From NCBI RefSeq assembly GCF_018977255.1, contig NW_024704742.1, positions 74,650,001-74,714,000 of the forward strand: a stretch of DNA of 64,000 nucleotides, written 5' to 3'. The stretch's first letter is position 1; the number at the start of each line of letters is the position of its first letter. Below, piece after piece: positions 61,761-64,000 of this stretch. The position numbers and the translations under genes are program-made. The notes under the pieces are model-generated. The model was not told the origin of the DNA. It did not search any database and saw only the letters and a list, made by a program, of their open reading frames with translations. Source of the DNA: Callorhinchus milii. Its lineage: Eukaryota.

Positions 61761-64000
61761 CGACTGGATTTTGTGCACATTTTTGCATTTTAAATATTTT
61801 TGTATGGCTAACACAATGCCATCTTTCTAATGAGCGTCAATTCACTCAAATCACGTAGACATGTTTAGGTTGAGAGCGGAATTGAAGGTTGCAGGATACA
61901 ATGATCAAGTCTTTGTAGGAGAGTAAACCGCATTCTCGCCGAATGTGTACGCAGATGGTTTCCATTTAACTGCCGCTATATTATATCATTGCACCGTTTG
62001 CAGGAAGAATAAGCTCTTGTATTGAGAACTTTTGTATTGCTTTTGTATAAGCTTTTGTATTGAGAGTCAGTAGGAGAGACGCCGTGACCTGAGATACTGA
62101 CTAACAAATCTAGTCTCTTAGAGGATGTAAATCTAAATGTAATGTAAATCTATGAAGATGTCTGCAATCAGGACTGACTTGAAAGAGAGAGAGAGCACAA
62201 CCTGACTGACTGGAGACACTGCGAGATCCAGTGACATAATAGTCCAGACCCTGCCATATAGACAAAGCTGAATTGTGGCATGTGATCAGCCTCACGAAAA
62301 GAAATGGGTGTTTGTGTGTGGTTGCCTACACATGCAAAATATTTTTTTGTTCAGTAATGTATCTCCATTTCCATGAAGCTGAAATGATGTTTTGATCTTG
62401 GGCTACACAGAATATCTCACTGATATGATGCTAACAAGTTCTGTAATAAGAAGGTGCGAAACATAATTCCGAGAAAGAACAAAAGGAAAAGAGTGATTAG
62501 GATGAGAAATTATAAAACGAGCTAAAGATAAATCAAATGGCAGGGAATAGGGGAAGGCAAAAGCACTCTCTGAGGCAGAACTGAGAAAAGAGATTACTGA
62601 AAATAATCGAAATGGCAAAATAGATTTAGGTATAAGCAGTATTTGTGCAAATACAGTAGTTGACAGTAGAGTGAGTAGGTTATAGATATGGTTTCTAGGT
62701 GGGGACTTAACAACAATTTGCATTTATATAGTGCCCTTCACACAGGGTAGGTAGCAGCTCAGAGCTTAACTGGGGACTGACTATCACTAATAAAACTACT
62801 TAGTGATTTGGATACTCTTGGTAATGTGCTGGGCTCCTGCATGTCTCAGACATCCAGCTGACAAAATATAATAACCCTTGTGGTTGATATCGTGCCTTTT
62901 AAATTGGGAGGACAGTTCAAAGCACAGAATTTACTGTAAAGTGTGATCACTGTGTATTTTGTAGCCCTAACATATCAGATAGATTGCTTGTAGAAATGTT
63001 CCCTAAACAATCATGAAGTGAATGACCAATCTTATTTGGGGATTTGTTGGCCAGGACATCAGGAGAAACTCCTTTTTCTTTTTGAATAGTGCCATTAGAT
63101 CTATAACATCCTCCGGAACAGGTAGATGTTTCAACCAAAGGACAACACTTTCAACAATGAGGCAGATGCCCAGAAATTTATTGGAGTGTCAGCCTGGACT
63201 TTTTAAGAGTTCAAAGTCTTGACTTGCAATCTGTGACTCAGAGGCACGAGTGCTACTAATTGAGCCGGGTTCCCAGAATTTCTGAAAACTCTTCCACTTT
63301 GGACAGGCTACATGAAGCAGGCCGATGTTTGCTCAACAGGGCAGAGGGGTCACAAGGTCATAGATATCAGGTGGAGTGAGGCCATAGAGGCATTTGAAAG
63401 AATAAGAATTTTGAATTGAGGTGTGGGCTGCAGGGTTCTGGTTGGCCTACAGCTTACGTGGAAGGAGTTGGGGAGTCTGGCAACTTCTGTATTTGAGAAG
63501 GCGATCCTAGTGATTGTCTCCATAGCCTGTGGAGAGAAAGAAGTGTTAGAGACGTGAGATGTTGTGGAGGTGAGGGAAAGCAGAAACAAAATGTAATTAA
63601 GTTTTGCCAAATGTAACACTACTTTATAGTATGCCTTGAATTCTTTGAAATCAGTCTCGAGTTCAACAGTATTGTTGGAGTTGCTGTTCTTTGGATGATG
63701 CGTCAAAGATCCTATGACACCTCACCTCTTGAAAAGAAAAGTTTTTTTTCTCTGATGCTGGCCAACGGAGAGTGCATCAGAATGTTAGTTATTTACCTCA
63801 TGCCTGTTTGTGGGACCTTGTTTGTAGGACTCAGCTATTGCATTTGCCTACAGCCGCTACACTTAGAAACAATTACATGTGAAGCATTCAGAAGTGTTTT
63901 GACAAAGTATTACAAAGATCCAAGTGCTCCTTGTCCTATGTTGCCCCCTTGACTGAGGTCTTTTACTTCTATGTCAAATTAGTATTGGGTGGCATAAGTG

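Overview
Repeat-dense vertebrate genomic DNA, most likely from a cartilaginous fish. The tRNA-head SINEs (CmiSINE/SINE2-CM-like and SacSINE1/Deu-domain-like), the L2 and CR1 LINEs and the Penelope and Tx1 remnants point to a holocephalan/chimaera; this is an inference. Three host genes lie on the + strand: a complete 3-coding-exon neuropeptide FF receptor (NPFFR2-like, 428 aa, 13487-22388), a single-coding-exon claudin-23-like gene (44910-45611) directly preceded by a 1.3 kb G-rich 22-bp minisatellite, and the CpG-island first exon of a tankyrase-1-like gene (61199-61475). The rest is mostly nested, truncated transposable elements: two L2 subfamilies, CR1, two SINE families sharing an L2 3' tail, Gypsy fragments and a solo LTR, a hAT (Buster/SPIN-like) element with TIRs and an 8-bp TSD, a Penelope-like element with a degenerate hammerhead motif, and Tx1. 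The main points for follow-up are the compact NPFFR-CLDN23-TNKS cluster (a possible separate ohnologous block), the VNTR abutting the CLDN23 start codon, two 5'-inversion (twin-priming-like) retroposon structures, and a SINE-head/L2 fusion. No prokaryotic-type system is present. Repeat boundaries were read by eye and are approximate unless a TSD or TIR is quoted.
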